From contig JBHGAY010000010.1 in the NCBI GenBank assembly GCA_041946735.1, positions 32,001-96,000 on the forward strand: a DNA stretch of 64,000 nucleotides, in the 5' to 3' direction. This document shows positions 8,954-18,295 of this stretch, one piece after another. The stretch comes from Candidatus Eiseniibacteriota bacterium (GTDB lineage Bacteria > Eisenbacteria > RBG-16-71-46 > CAIMUX01 > VGJL01). The notes under the pieces are model-generated. The model was not told where the DNA came from and did not search any database. It was given only the letters and a program-made list of their open reading frames with translations. Position numbers and translations under genes: made by a program. Each line of letters starts with the position of its first letter. Positions within the stretch are counted from its first letter, which is position 1.

Positions 8954-10363
8954 TCAGTAGCGCGCGACCGAGGGATCGACCTCGACCGCCCACGCGTCGA
9001 TGCCGCCCGCGAGGTTCGACACCCGGCGGAATCCCGCCTTCCTCAACAGGAGGGTCGCGTAGGCGCTTCGGCCGCCGCTGTGGCAATAGACCACGTAGGA
9101 GCGGGCGGGATCGAGCTCGTGGAGGCGCGCGGGGAGATCCCCGAGCGGAATCAGACGCGAGCCGGGGATGTGGGCGATCGCGGCCTCGTACGGTTCCCGC
9201 ACGTCGAGCACCTCGGGCGCCGACCCGTCCGCCGAGCGCAGCAGCCGGTCCAGCTCGCGCGGGCGGATGTCGACCGGGTACTCGTCGACCGGGTCGTTCG
9301 GATGCCCCGGGGCTGCAGACTCGCCCTGGCGCCGCAGGAGATCGTCTCCGGCCGGCGTTGTGCCGGCGGCCGGCGTTGTGCCGGCGGTCGCAGCCGCGTG
9401 CGTTCCTTCCTCCCGCCCGCAGTAGGCGTCGTAGTCGATCAGCTCCCGGATCGTCGGGTCGGTCCCGCAGACCGGGCAAGAAGGGTCCTTCCTGACTTGC
9501 AGTTCGCGGAAGGAGAGATCCAGCGCGTCGAACAGCATGAGACGGCCCGGCCGCCGGGAAACGGGCGCCCCCTCGCCCTCGCTGTCGCGGTCTTCCTCGC
9601 CCGCGACGCCGCCCTCGCCCGCGGCCTCGCCGTCTCCCGCGCCGGCCCCGGCGACAAGCCTGAGCCCGAGGGCGTCCCCGGGCCTGAGCCCGGAGTCGTC
9701 ACCAAGCCCGAGCAGGAGCTTCAGCGTCTCGAGCGCCTGCAGCGAGCCGAGGATTCCGGGAAGCACCCCGAGCACTCCGGCATCCGCGCAGCTCGGCACC
9801 GATCCGGCGGGCGGCGGCTCGGGGAACAGGCAGCGGTAGCAGGGGCCGCGCTGGGCGTCGAAGACGGCGAGTTGCCCTTCGAAGCGGAAGATGCTCGCGT
9901 AAACGTACGGCTTGCGCAGAAGAGCGCACGCGTCGTTGACGAGGTAGCGCGTTGCGAAGTTGTCGCTACCGTCTGCGACGACGTCGTAGTCGGAGAGTAT
10001 CTCCATCGCGTTCGCGCTCGTCAGGCGCACCGGGTGACAGACGATCTCGATCTCCGGATTCAGGTCGGACAGCCGCTCGCTCGCGGCCTGCAGCTTGGGC
10101 TTGCCGACGTCGCTCGTCCCGTACAGGATCTGCCGCTGAAGATTCGTGAGGTCGACCTCGTCGAACTCCACGAGGCCGATCCGGCCGACCCCTGCGGCCG
10201 CCAGGTACAGCGCGAGCGGCGAGCCGAGCCCTCCCGCTCCGACGCACAGAACGGAGCTTCGGGAGAGTCGCTCCTGCCCTTCCCGTCCGATCTCGGGCAG
10301 GCTGAGATGGCGCCGGTAGCGAAGCATCTCGCGATGAGACAGCGGCCGGTCGTGCAAGTCCAC
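8954..10363 (-). CDS. moeB: Molybdopterin-synthase adenylyltransferase MoeB/MoeZ (ThiF domain plus C-terminal rhodanese)
   Basis: RYRRHLSLPEIG, VGAGGLGSP, NLQRQ, DGSDNFATRY, CYRC and CPVC zinc pairs, rhodanese YCHSGGRS. Start is GTG 10363 or 10372. Confidence 0.92.
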   Translation of the reverse strand: MDLHDRPLSHREMLRYRRHLSLPEIGREGQERLSRSSVLCVGAGGLGSPLALYLAAAGVGRIGLVEFDEVDLTNLQRQILYGTSDVGKPKLQAASERLSDLNPEIEIVCHPVRLTSANAMEILSDYDVVADGSDNFATRYLVNDACALLRKPYVYASIFRFEGQLAVFDAQRGPCYRCLFPEPPPAGSVPSCADAGVLGVLPGILGSLQALETLKLLLGLGDDSGLRPGDALGLRLVAGAGAGDGEAAGEGGVAGEEDRDSEGEGAPVSRRPGRLMLFDALDLSFRELQVRKDPSCPVCGTDPTIRELIDYDAYCGREEGTHAAATAGTTPAAGTTPAGDDLLRRQGESAAPGHPNDPVDEYPVDIRPRELDRLLRSADGSAPEVLDVREPYEAAIAHIPGSRLIPLGDLPARLHELDPARSYVVYCHSGGRSAYATLLLRKAGFRRVSNLAGGIDAWAVEVDPSVARY

Positions 10364-10605
10364 GTCCTCCACCTCCGTCGGTCCTCCGATCGTCAGCCGG
10401 ATGTTCCTTCGCTCCACGGCGGGAAATGCGAGCTTTCCTACGCCCGGAGCATGCGCGCCTCCCGCGCCTCTCCCGAACCTTCCCGAGCGTTCCCAAGCTC
10501 CCGAACCTTGACGGTAGCATCCCGGTCCTGCCCGGCCCAATGGGGTGCCCGGCCGCAGATCACGTTGAGGCGCGGGTGGCTTGCCAGCCGGGCCTGCATC
10601 CAGCG

Positions 10606-10646
10606 GCGAAAGAGAAGCTCCCCTTCCTCGCTGGAGGAAGGGGAGC
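10606..10646 (-). terminator. Intrinsic terminator downstream of the S1-domain gene
   Basis: Perfect 13-bp stem GCTCCCCTTCCTC-loop-GAGGAAGGGGAGC followed by TTCTCTTT on the minus strand. Confidence 0.75.
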
Positions 10647-10766
10647 CGCTTCTCGGGATCGCTTCAGCCTCGCGTCAGCCTGCAACCGGCCCGATCGGCC
10701 TCACGAATCGGCGCGAGATCCGCTGGCGCGAGATCCTCGAGATCCGCCGGGTCGAGTCCCGCCGGG

Positions 10767-12251
10767 TCAGGCCCGGCCGTTCGCTCCGCCCTGCAGCGCG
10801 CGTCGCAACGCTTCGGCCATCGCGCTGCCGCTGCCGCGCGAAGCCTGCTGCTGGGAGGGCGAGGTGGCAGCATGCGAAGGGTTGGCCGAGGGGATCGCGA
10901 GGCGGATTCGTCCCTTCTCGTCGATCTGCTGGATCACCACCTCGAGCTTCTCGCCGCTCGGATACCGCTTCGCGAGGTCCCCGCCCTTCGGGACTCCGGT
11001 CTCCTCGACAGGCAGCAGGCCGCTGACCCGCGGGCCGAAGCCCGGCAGGTCGACGAAGATCCCGTACGGCTTGTGCGTGCGGACGAGCCCCTCGACCACC
11101 GAGCCGACCTTCATCACGACGGCCTCGTGCGGATCGGCCGCGTCGCGCATCGACAGTCCGATCCGCCTCCGCGGGACATCGACGCGAAGCACGCGGACCT
11201 CGACCTCCTGGCCTTCCTTCAAGGCCTCGCGAGGATGGGTGATCGGCTCGCTCGTGATCTCCGAAACGTGGACGAGCCCCTCGATCCCCGGGAGGATGCG
11301 GACGAACGCCCCGAAATCGGCGATGCGGACCACCTTGCCCGATCGCTTCTGGCCGGCCTGGACCACCTCCTCGATGTGGTTCCAGGGATCTTGCTGCGCG
11401 GCCTTGATGGACAGGGAGATGCGGTCGCGGCCCTTCGGATCGGTGCCAACCTCGAGCACCCGCACGCGCACGCGATCACCGATCTTCAGCGCGTCCTTGG
11501 GATGATTCACCCGGTCGTGGGAGATCTCCGACACGTGGACCATCCCGTCGAGGCCCCCGAGGTCGACGAAGGCTCCGAAGCTCTCCATTCGGACGACGGT
11601 ACCGTCGCGCTCCTCGCCGGCCTTCAGCTCGGACCGCATGCGCGCCGCGATCTCGGCCTTCTGCTGCATTTGGACCGCCTTGCGGGAGACGACGACGCGG
11701 CGTCCGCCATCCGCCAGCTCCAGGACGCGGAACTCGAGGGTCTTGTGGACGAAGACGGACGGGTCGGGACAGTAGGCGATGTCGACCTGGGAGACCGGGC
11801 AGAAGGCCCGCACGCCCGCGATCTCGACCTCGAGGCCGCCCGCGTTCAGACCCACCACCTTCCCCTGCACCGGCGTTCCCTCGGATTGGGCCTGCCGCAG
11901 GACGGTCAGGGCCTCGTTCGGGGCTGGCGTGAAGCTCGGCGCGAGGACGATCCCATCGTCGCTCGACACCACGTATGCCTCGATCCGATCCCCGATGCTG
12001 ACGCGCAGCGAGCCGTCGGCGTCCTTCAGGTGCTGTGTCTCGATGGTCGCTTCACTGCGCCCGCCGTAGTCCGCGAAGCTCCATTCCTCGCCGATCGACC
12101 GGATCGTCGCGTGGAGTTTCTGGCCGACCGCGGGAGTCGGCAGAACGCGCGTATCCGCCGCCATCGCGGCGAGGAACTCGGGCGAATCGTTGACGCGCGC
12201 TTCCTCTCCCGATGTGTTGTCGTGTCCGTTGTTGTTGCCGCTCTCGTGCAT
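10767..12251 (-). CDS. rpsA: Ribosomal protein S1-like protein with five S1 domains (possibly a paralog)
   Basis: Repeated S1 motifs (AFCPVSQVD; FGAFVDLGGLDGMVHVSEIS; FGAFVRILPGIEGLVHVSEIT; YGIFVDL). GGGGAGG SD. Confidence 0.8.
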   Translation of the reverse strand: MHESGNNNGHDNTSGEEARVNDSPEFLAAMAADTRVLPTPAVGQKLHATIRSIGEEWSFADYGGRSEATIETQHLKDADGSLRVSIGDRIEAYVVSSDDGIVLAPSFTPAPNEALTVLRQAQSEGTPVQGKVVGLNAGGLEVEIAGVRAFCPVSQVDIAYCPDPSVFVHKTLEFRVLELADGGRRVVVSRKAVQMQQKAEIAARMRSELKAGEERDGTVVRMESFGAFVDLGGLDGMVHVSEISHDRVNHPKDALKIGDRVRVRVLEVGTDPKGRDRISLSIKAAQQDPWNHIEEVVQAGQKRSGKVVRIADFGAFVRILPGIEGLVHVSEITSEPITHPREALKEGQEVEVRVLRVDVPRRRIGLSMRDAADPHEAVVMKVGSVVEGLVRTHKPYGIFVDLPGFGPRVSGLLPVEETGVPKGGDLAKRYPSGEKLEVVIQQIDEKGRIRLAIPSANPSHAATSPSQQQASRGSGSAMAEALRRALQGGANGRA

Positions 12252-12594
12252 CTCATCCTCCCCTTGGGCGAATCCGGGCTAGAGACTACCAGATCCGGCG
12301 GAGGAGTCGGAGAGGTGAGATGGAACCTCCATCGTCCGGATCATTTGCGGCGCGGCTGTTGCTTAGCGACGATGCACGGCGACCGCGAAACCGTTTGGCG
12401 TGCCGATCAAGGCGGTGGTAGAACGAACCGCGGGCCGAGCCCCTCCCCGGGCGGGAGAGGTGCCGGCCCAGTGGTGGGGATCGGCGCGGAGGGCGCGGAC
12501 CTGCGCCCGACGATCCGGCGATGCGCGCTCTCCAGCCCGAGGACGGCGGTCGAGAGCGCGGGCTGGTGAGTCGAGCCCCGGGCGGGAGGGGCGT

Positions 12595-14781
12595 ATGCAG
12601 CGCGAGTCCGATTCGGCGGAGCCCTCGTTGCCGCGAGCGCTGCGGCTGCTGCGGGCGGCGTCGCTGCTTGTGCTGCTGCTCCTTCCGGCCGCGCTCGCGG
12701 CGCCGGCGCTCGCTGCCTCCGCATCGCCCACGGCGGCCCCGCCGTCCGACTCGCTGGCCGCATGCATCGCGGCTGCGGGCGATTCTTCACGCTGGGAGGG
12801 AGCGGGAGCCGTCCTCGTCTTCGATCGCACCACGGTCGATCTCGAGCCGACGGGCCTCGGCCACGTCCGCCGTCGCGCGCTGGTGAAGATCCTCACCGAG
12901 GGGGGAGCGCGCGAGCAGGCGACACAGCGCTTCGACTACGATCCGGCCTCCAACCTGATCCGGATCGAGAAGCTCGTCATCCATCGCGGGGACGGATCGC
13001 TCGAGCCGGTCGATCCTGCCTCCGCCGTGGACCTTCCCGCCCCGGCGGACATGATCTACTGGGGCGCGCGGATGAAGATCCTCTCGATGCCGCGCCTGGC
13101 GATCGGTGACGCGATCGAGCTCGTCACCTACAAGAAGGGATTCCAGATCGCCTACCTCGACGGCGCGGCGTGGGAGGCGGAGGGTGGCGCCGGCGGAGAG
13201 GATGCCTCGGCCGGCACGAGCGAAGAGGATGTCTCGGGCCGTGCGAGCGGAGCCGGACCCTCGGTTGCCACCTCCATGGCGCAGGGCGTCGAGGTGGCCG
13301 ACGACGAGAAGTACCTCCCGCCCATGCGCGGGCACTTCTACGACGTCGTGACCTTTCAGGAGTCCCTCCCGATCGTCGAGAAGAGCTACACGCTGCGCAC
13401 GCCGCGCGACAAGCCGGTGCAGTACGCGACCTACAACGGGGCGCTCCGCTCCTCGCTTACGTTCGCCGACTCGCTGCTCGTCTATTCCTGGGAGGCGCAC
13501 GACGTCCCGGCGTTCGTCGAGGAGCCGCGAATCCCGGAGAGGACGGACATCGTCCCGAAGGTCGTCCTCGCGACGGTGGAGAGCTGGCAGGAGAAGTCCC
13601 GCTGGTTCTTCGAGATCAACGACCCGGTCTTCGCCAGCGACGAGGGGATCCGCGCGAAGGTCGACCAGCTGACGCGCGGTCTCCAGAGCGACGACGAGAA
13701 GATGGCCGTCCTGCTGCACTGGGTCGCGCAGGAGATTCGCTATGCCGGGCTCTCGATGGGCAAGGGGGAAGGTTACACGCTCCATCCCGGAACGATGACC
13801 TACGCCGACCGGTGCGGCGTGTGCAAGGACATCGCCGGAATGCTGGTGACGATGCTCCGCGCCGCCGGCTTCTCCACCTACCCGGCGATGACGATGGCGG
13901 GGGCGCGGGTCGAGGCGATCCCCGCCGATCAGTTCAACCACTGCGTCGTGGCGGTCGAGCGGCCGGACGGCTCCTACACGATGCTCGATCCCACCTGGGC
14001 CCCGTTCGATCGCGCGACCTGGTCGCGATTCGAAGGAGAGCAGCATTACGTCATCGGAAGCCCGCGCGGGGAAGGACTGTCGCGGATCCGTTCGTTCTCG
14101 CCCGAGGAGAGCCGCCTGCGCGTCGACGCCGTCTCGCGCCTGCATGCGGACGGCACGCTCGAAGGACGGCTCGACCTCCTTGGCCAGGGGGCTTCGGATT
14201 CGCGCCTGCGGGGCCTTCTGTCCGATGCGCCGGCGGCGGACTTCGACGGGGCGATCGCGGATCTGCTCGCCTCGCTCGGCCCCGCGATCGAGATCGTCTC
14301 GGTCGAGGCGTGCGATCCCCGCGACTTCTCACGGGACGCATCGATCCGGATCGACTTCCGCGTTCCGAGCTATGCCTCGGCCGGCGACTCGCTGCTCGCC
14401 TTCCTGCCGCCGGCCGCTCGCGTCGTCTCCGAGCAGCCGCGGCTTTGCCGGATGCTGTCGTTCGGAGAGGGAGAGGAGGGAAGGAGCGAGCGCAAAAGCG
14501 AGGCGCTGCTCTGGTTCTCTCAGGAGCTTCTCGCGACCGACCGCATCACGCTGCCCCCCGGCTTCCGGTGCTCCGGCCCGCTCGACACGCTTCGCGTCGA
14601 TCACGATGCCGCCTCCCTCGCGGCGCGCTACCTCCCCGGCGGAGGGTCGGCGCGAACCGAGCTTCGAGCTGTGACGAGGAAGCGGACCATCCCCGCCTCG
14701 GAATGGGCGGGCGGCGCGGAAGCAGTCGATTCGCTCCGGGCGTTCGCCGAGCGGATCCGTCTCGCAAGGCGGGGACGGTGA
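12595..14781 (+). CDS. Secreted DUF3857 plus transglutaminase-like domain protein (catalytic triad intact)
   Basis: Signal peptide, DUF3857-like N-domain, core motifs CGVCKD, QFNHCVV and MLDPT. Confidence 0.82.
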   Translation: MQRESDSAEPSLPRALRLLRAASLLVLLLLPAALAAPALAASASPTAAPPSDSLAACIAAAGDSSRWEGAGAVLVFDRTTVDLEPTGLGHVRRRALVKILTEGGAREQATQRFDYDPASNLIRIEKLVIHRGDGSLEPVDPASAVDLPAPADMIYWGARMKILSMPRLAIGDAIELVTYKKGFQIAYLDGAAWEAEGGAGGEDASAGTSEEDVSGRASGAGPSVATSMAQGVEVADDEKYLPPMRGHFYDVVTFQESLPIVEKSYTLRTPRDKPVQYATYNGALRSSLTFADSLLVYSWEAHDVPAFVEEPRIPERTDIVPKVVLATVESWQEKSRWFFEINDPVFASDEGIRAKVDQLTRGLQSDDEKMAVLLHWVAQEIRYAGLSMGKGEGYTLHPGTMTYADRCGVCKDIAGMLVTMLRAAGFSTYPAMTMAGARVEAIPADQFNHCVVAVERPDGSYTMLDPTWAPFDRATWSRFEGEQHYVIGSPRGEGLSRIRSFSPEESRLRVDAVSRLHADGTLEGRLDLLGQGASDSRLRGLLSDAPAADFDGAIADLLASLGPAIEIVSVEACDPRDFSRDASIRIDFRVPSYASAGDSLLAFLPPAARVVSEQPRLCRMLSFGEGEEGRSERKSEALLWFSQELLATDRITLPPGFRCSGPLDTLRVDHDAASLAARYLPGGGSARTELRAVTRKRTIPASEWAGGAEAVDSLRAFAERIRLARRGR

Positions 14782-16817
14782 TGCGCCCGCGCCCGCGCCT
14801 GCTCGCGCGCCCGCTGCGCCGACCGCTCCGGCTGCGTCGACCGCGTCGACCGCGTCGACCGCGCCGACCGCGCCGGTCGCGCCAACCCGAAGCCGCCCGG
14901 CTGCGCGTCGCTGGCTGGCTGCTCGTCGTCGCGGCGTCTGCGATGGTGGCGATCGCGCCCGGCGAGGCGCGTGGGCAAGCGGATCCGCCCCTCGGTCCCG
15001 CCACCAGCGCCCTCGTCGCGTCGCCCGAAGGCCTCCGCCTCGGAGACGGCGCCGACGACGTCCTGCTCTATCGCGGCGTGTGGATCCGCCTGCGCGAAGA
15101 CGGTCGCGTCGAACGGCGGGTTCGCGAGGTCCGGCGCTTGCGCACCGACCTCGCGATCGCGCACCTGGGCGACACGCGAGCCGCCTACGACACGACCCGG
15201 CAGGAGATCGAGATCCACGTCTGCCGGACGATCCAAAAGGGCGGGCAGGAGTCGCCCGCGCTGCCTCGCGCATGGAATCGCGTGACCCCCGAGAGGGTTG
15301 CGCGCTGCCCGGAACGCGCCGGGCTGCAGGAGGTCGTGATCAGCTTCCTCGGGGTCGAGCGCGAGTGCGTGACCGAGCTGGATTACACCGTCCGGGACCG
15401 CGAGGCGTGGCGGCCTTGGCTGGAGGGCGTGGAGCTGCTCACCGCCGCTTCGCCGGTTCTCTCCGCCGAGATCCGGATCGACGCGCCGGCCCTTCGTGCC
15501 CGCCCGGCCGGCGTTCATGCGACGCGCGGATGGACGGAGGTCGAGCCCGGCGTCTGGCGCGCCGGGCCGCTGCCGGCGCTTCCTGACGAGCCCGACGCGC
15601 CCGACCGTCCTCTGCTCGTCTACTCGACCTGCCGCTCCTGGGACGACCTGGCTCGCTGGCTCATCGGCCGGCTGGATGACGCCGCGCAGGCGGACTCCGC
15701 GATCGGCGCATGGGCTGGGGGAGATCTCCCGAGCGGCCGTCCTCCGATCGAGGATCGCGAACGGTGGGAGCGGATCGGCGCGCTCGTCGCCGACCGGACG
15801 ATCCCGGCCGACGGCGGGGATCTCGACTGGTTTCTCCCGATCCGCCTCGCGTCGCGCACCTTCGCCTCCTCGTGCGGCAATCCCCTCGATCGCGCCGCTC
15901 TTGCGCTCGCCGCCGCGCGGGCATCGGGGCTCGGCGCGCGCCTCCGCGCCGTTCCGGCCGGCCCGATCGCGAAGGAGGTTCCCGCGTTCGCCTCGCTCGG
16001 CGAGTTGCTCCTGCAGACGTCCTCCGGAACCCTCTCGCTGCGGCACGGCGCCCTGGTGAACCGCCCCGGCGGCGCGCGCGTCTCGGAGGTCTTGGAGATG
16101 TCCGAAAAGGCGGCCTCGTGGATCGAGCTTCCCGCGCCTGCTGCCCGAAGCCGGCTGCGCGTGCGCATCGTCGAGTCGGCCGAGGGGGAAGAAGAAGGGA
16201 CGGTACGCGGCGAAATCTGGCTCCGCCTCTCGGGAGCCGCTTCGGACGGATTCGAGGAGCGGCGACTCCGCCAGGCGATGGAGTCGCTCGCCGCGACGAT
16301 CGTGGAGGGAGGCAAGCTCGCGGGACTGCGCATCGACCGCCTGGGGGCCGACTCGATCGCGGTCCTCGGCTCGTTCCTCGGTTCGGGCGTGGGGCGGCCG
16401 ATCCCCGGAGGGAGCGGCGCCCGAATCCTCGAGATCCCCGAAGCGCCGGGCGCCTCGGAGTTCCTGCCGCCGGCGCGCTCGCTGCGCCGGTCCTCTCGCG
16501 CCGCTCCGCTGCTCTTTCCGGCGCTCCTCACGGAGGAGGTCGACCTCCGCCTCGAGCTTCTCCCCTCGACGCGGATCCGCGCGCTTCCCGCTCCCGCCGG
16601 CACGCAAACGACGAAGGCCGCCGGCGAAGCGATCCTCTTCGAGACCGCGATCGAGGAGCGGCCGGCCGGCTCGACCTCGACTACCCTCCTCTACAGGCGC
16701 CGGCTTGCGATCCGCGATAGGACGGTCGAAGCCTCCGCCTTCCCGCAGGCGCGCGAAGCCCTCCTCCTCCGATCCACGGAATCGGCGAACCGGATCCTGC
16801 TCGAGCGGGTGCCGTAA
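14781..16817 (+). CDS. DUF3857 plus degenerate transglutaminase-like protein (partner subunit)
   Basis: TGATG coupling. Arg-rich N-region and signal peptide, ISFLGVERECVTELDY, then GNPLDRA where the partner has GVCKD. Confidence 0.7.
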   Translation: MRPRPRLLARPLRRPLRLRRPRRPRRPRRPRRSRQPEAARLRVAGWLLVVAASAMVAIAPGEARGQADPPLGPATSALVASPEGLRLGDGADDVLLYRGVWIRLREDGRVERRVREVRRLRTDLAIAHLGDTRAAYDTTRQEIEIHVCRTIQKGGQESPALPRAWNRVTPERVARCPERAGLQEVVISFLGVERECVTELDYTVRDREAWRPWLEGVELLTAASPVLSAEIRIDAPALRARPAGVHATRGWTEVEPGVWRAGPLPALPDEPDAPDRPLLVYSTCRSWDDLARWLIGRLDDAAQADSAIGAWAGGDLPSGRPPIEDRERWERIGALVADRTIPADGGDLDWFLPIRLASRTFASSCGNPLDRAALALAAARASGLGARLRAVPAGPIAKEVPAFASLGELLLQTSSGTLSLRHGALVNRPGGARVSEVLEMSEKAASWIELPAPAARSRLRVRIVESAEGEEEGTVRGEIWLRLSGAASDGFEERRLRQAMESLAATIVEGGKLAGLRIDRLGADSIAVLGSFLGSGVGRPIPGGSGARILEIPEAPGASEFLPPARSLRRSSRAAPLLFPALLTEEVDLRLELLPSTRIRALPAPAGTQTTKAAGEAILFETAIEERPAGSTSTTLLYRRRLAIRDRTVEASAFPQAREALLLRSTESANRILLERVP

Positions 16818-17349
16818 GCCTCGCGGTCGGCCGACTCGCTGTTGGTCGCGGGTCGTCGCCCGCGAGGGAAGGTTCGATAAGCCTCAGGCGTCCAGCGCAC
16901 CGTCGCGCTTCGTGCGTCTGAATGCCCCCTCGTTCTGACAACTGATAGCAGTAAACGGAGATGGCGTCACCGTCACGCGACGGCGCGTCCAGGCTTTCTG
17001 CTTGACCATTCCCGGCTGTTCGAGGAAGATCCGCTCTGTCGGTGGCTGGAGCCTCCAGCCATTCCGCCCTTCGGCTTGGAGCATGGTTGGAGCGAAGAGA
17101 CGCGGCGCATGAAGCGCCGCGCGAATCCGGAGCGGTTCTCACGGTTCGATCCTCGGTCGTCCGCTAGTTGCCCTCTCGAGATTCGTTCCTCGAAACGATG
17201 CAGGGAGCCGATGCGTTGTCGTTCCCGCGTCTCTTGCGGAGGCGGCAGCCGAGTCACGTCCGGAATGGGTATGGGTATACGGATACGGATGGCGGACCTC
17301 GCGAGGCCCGTCATCGGGTCGGCGATCGTGCCGTTCGGAAGGAGTCAGG

Positions 17350-17640
17350 ATGGGTACGAACCTCTTCGTTGGCAATCTCCCCTATGCAGCGACCGAGCAG
17401 GACTTGATCGATCTGTTCAGCCAGGTCGGATCGGTCGTTTCCGCTCAGGTGATCTTCGACCGCGAGACGCGCCGGTCGCGCGGTTTCGGATTCGTTCAGA
17501 TGGCCGACGAGGAGGCCGCGTCTGCTGCGATCCAGCGATTCCACCAGTCCGACGTGCTGGGACGGCCGTTGACGGTCAACGAGGCGAAGCCTCGCGCCGA
17601 CCGCGGCGGCTCGGACGGCGGCTGGGGTCGACGGTACTAG
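17350..17640 (+). CDS. RRM (RNP-1) RNA-binding protein
   Basis: RNP2 LFVGNL, RNP1 RGFGFVQM, GRPLTVNEAKPR, Gly-rich tail. AAGGAG SD. Confidence 0.95.
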   Translation: MGTNLFVGNLPYAATEQDLIDLFSQVGSVVSAQVIFDRETRRSRGFGFVQMADEEAASAAIQRFHQSDVLGRPLTVNEAKPRADRGGSDGGWGRRY

Positions 17641-17719
17641 TCGCGACCGAGCGAGGAACGGGAGGCGGGGCCGGGTGGCCTCGCCTCCGTCGTTGAGGCC
17701 TGAACCGGGGGGATGAGGA

Positions 17720-18004
17720 TTGAGGAAGCAAAGGCCGTTTCACCCGAAGAAGCGCCGCCCGACTCCGGAGGAGCAACCGACTCCGCCGGCGAAAGAGAAC
17801 GCGATCATCATGGAGGGAGTGGTTCTCGAGACCCTTCCGAACACCCAGTTCCGGGTCGAGGTCGCCGGCGGCCATCTTGTTCTGGCGCACATTTCCGGGA
17901 AAATGCGTAAGCATTTCATCCGCATCCTCGTCGGTGACAAGGTGCTCGTCGAGCTGTCGCCTTACGATGTGACGCGAGGGCGGATCACCTACCGCTTCAA
18001 GTAA
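17720..18004 (+). CDS. infA: Translation initiation factor IF-1 with an N-terminal basic/Pro extension
   Basis: [24 protein letters not shown]...[43 protein letters not shown] start after GGATGAGGA. Confidence 0.93.
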   Translation: MRKQRPFHPKKRRPTPEEQPTPPAKENAIIMEGVVLETLPNTQFRVEVAGGHLVLAHISGKMRKHFIRILVGDKVLVELSPYDVTRGRITYRFK

Positions 18005-18295
18005 GCCCGGAGGGGATGTCTTCCCGGCGACGGGAAGGCCTCCGAGCGCCGGTCAGCTGCCCGATCCGCACTCGGTCCTCGCGATGGACCGGGCTCTGCG
18101 CACCGTCTTTCTCCCCGGGCCTTGGCAGAAGAGAAGCTTCTACTCTCCCTAAGATCATTCCTTGTGACAACCTTCCCTTTCTCTTCTCTCTATCGACGGG
18201 TAACGAGTAAGCTGAGCATCGCTGCCAAGTGCGTCCCCGGCCCGCAATCCTCAGCAGGGCCGGAAGCGAGCTGCCGTCCAATTGGGGGGTAGAAG

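Noticed and set aside
823..16817. Very long ORF-track calls (823..3513, 5351..7660, 6598..8901, 12400..14781, 13170..16817) as giant fusion proteins
   Set aside because: Their N-terminal parts are Arg/Pro-rich off-frame read-through of upstream genes or spacers in high-GC DNA. The real starts are at coupled or SD-preceded codons (1939, 6458, 7660, 12595, 14781).
16957..16971. GGAGATGGCGTCACC resembling the start of a fluoride riboswitch
   Set aside because: The downstream pseudoknot partner (GCTRATGAC-like) is absent and no fluoride-related gene follows.
16884..17084. 66-aa minus-strand ORF, and similar short ORFs in 56042-56353
   Set aside because: No recognisable motif or clear SD, and atypical composition. 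They cannot be supported from sequence alone.
17143..17152. GGTTCGATCC resembling a tRNA T-loop
   Set aside because: I could not build a cloverleaf (acceptor, D and anticodon stems) around it.
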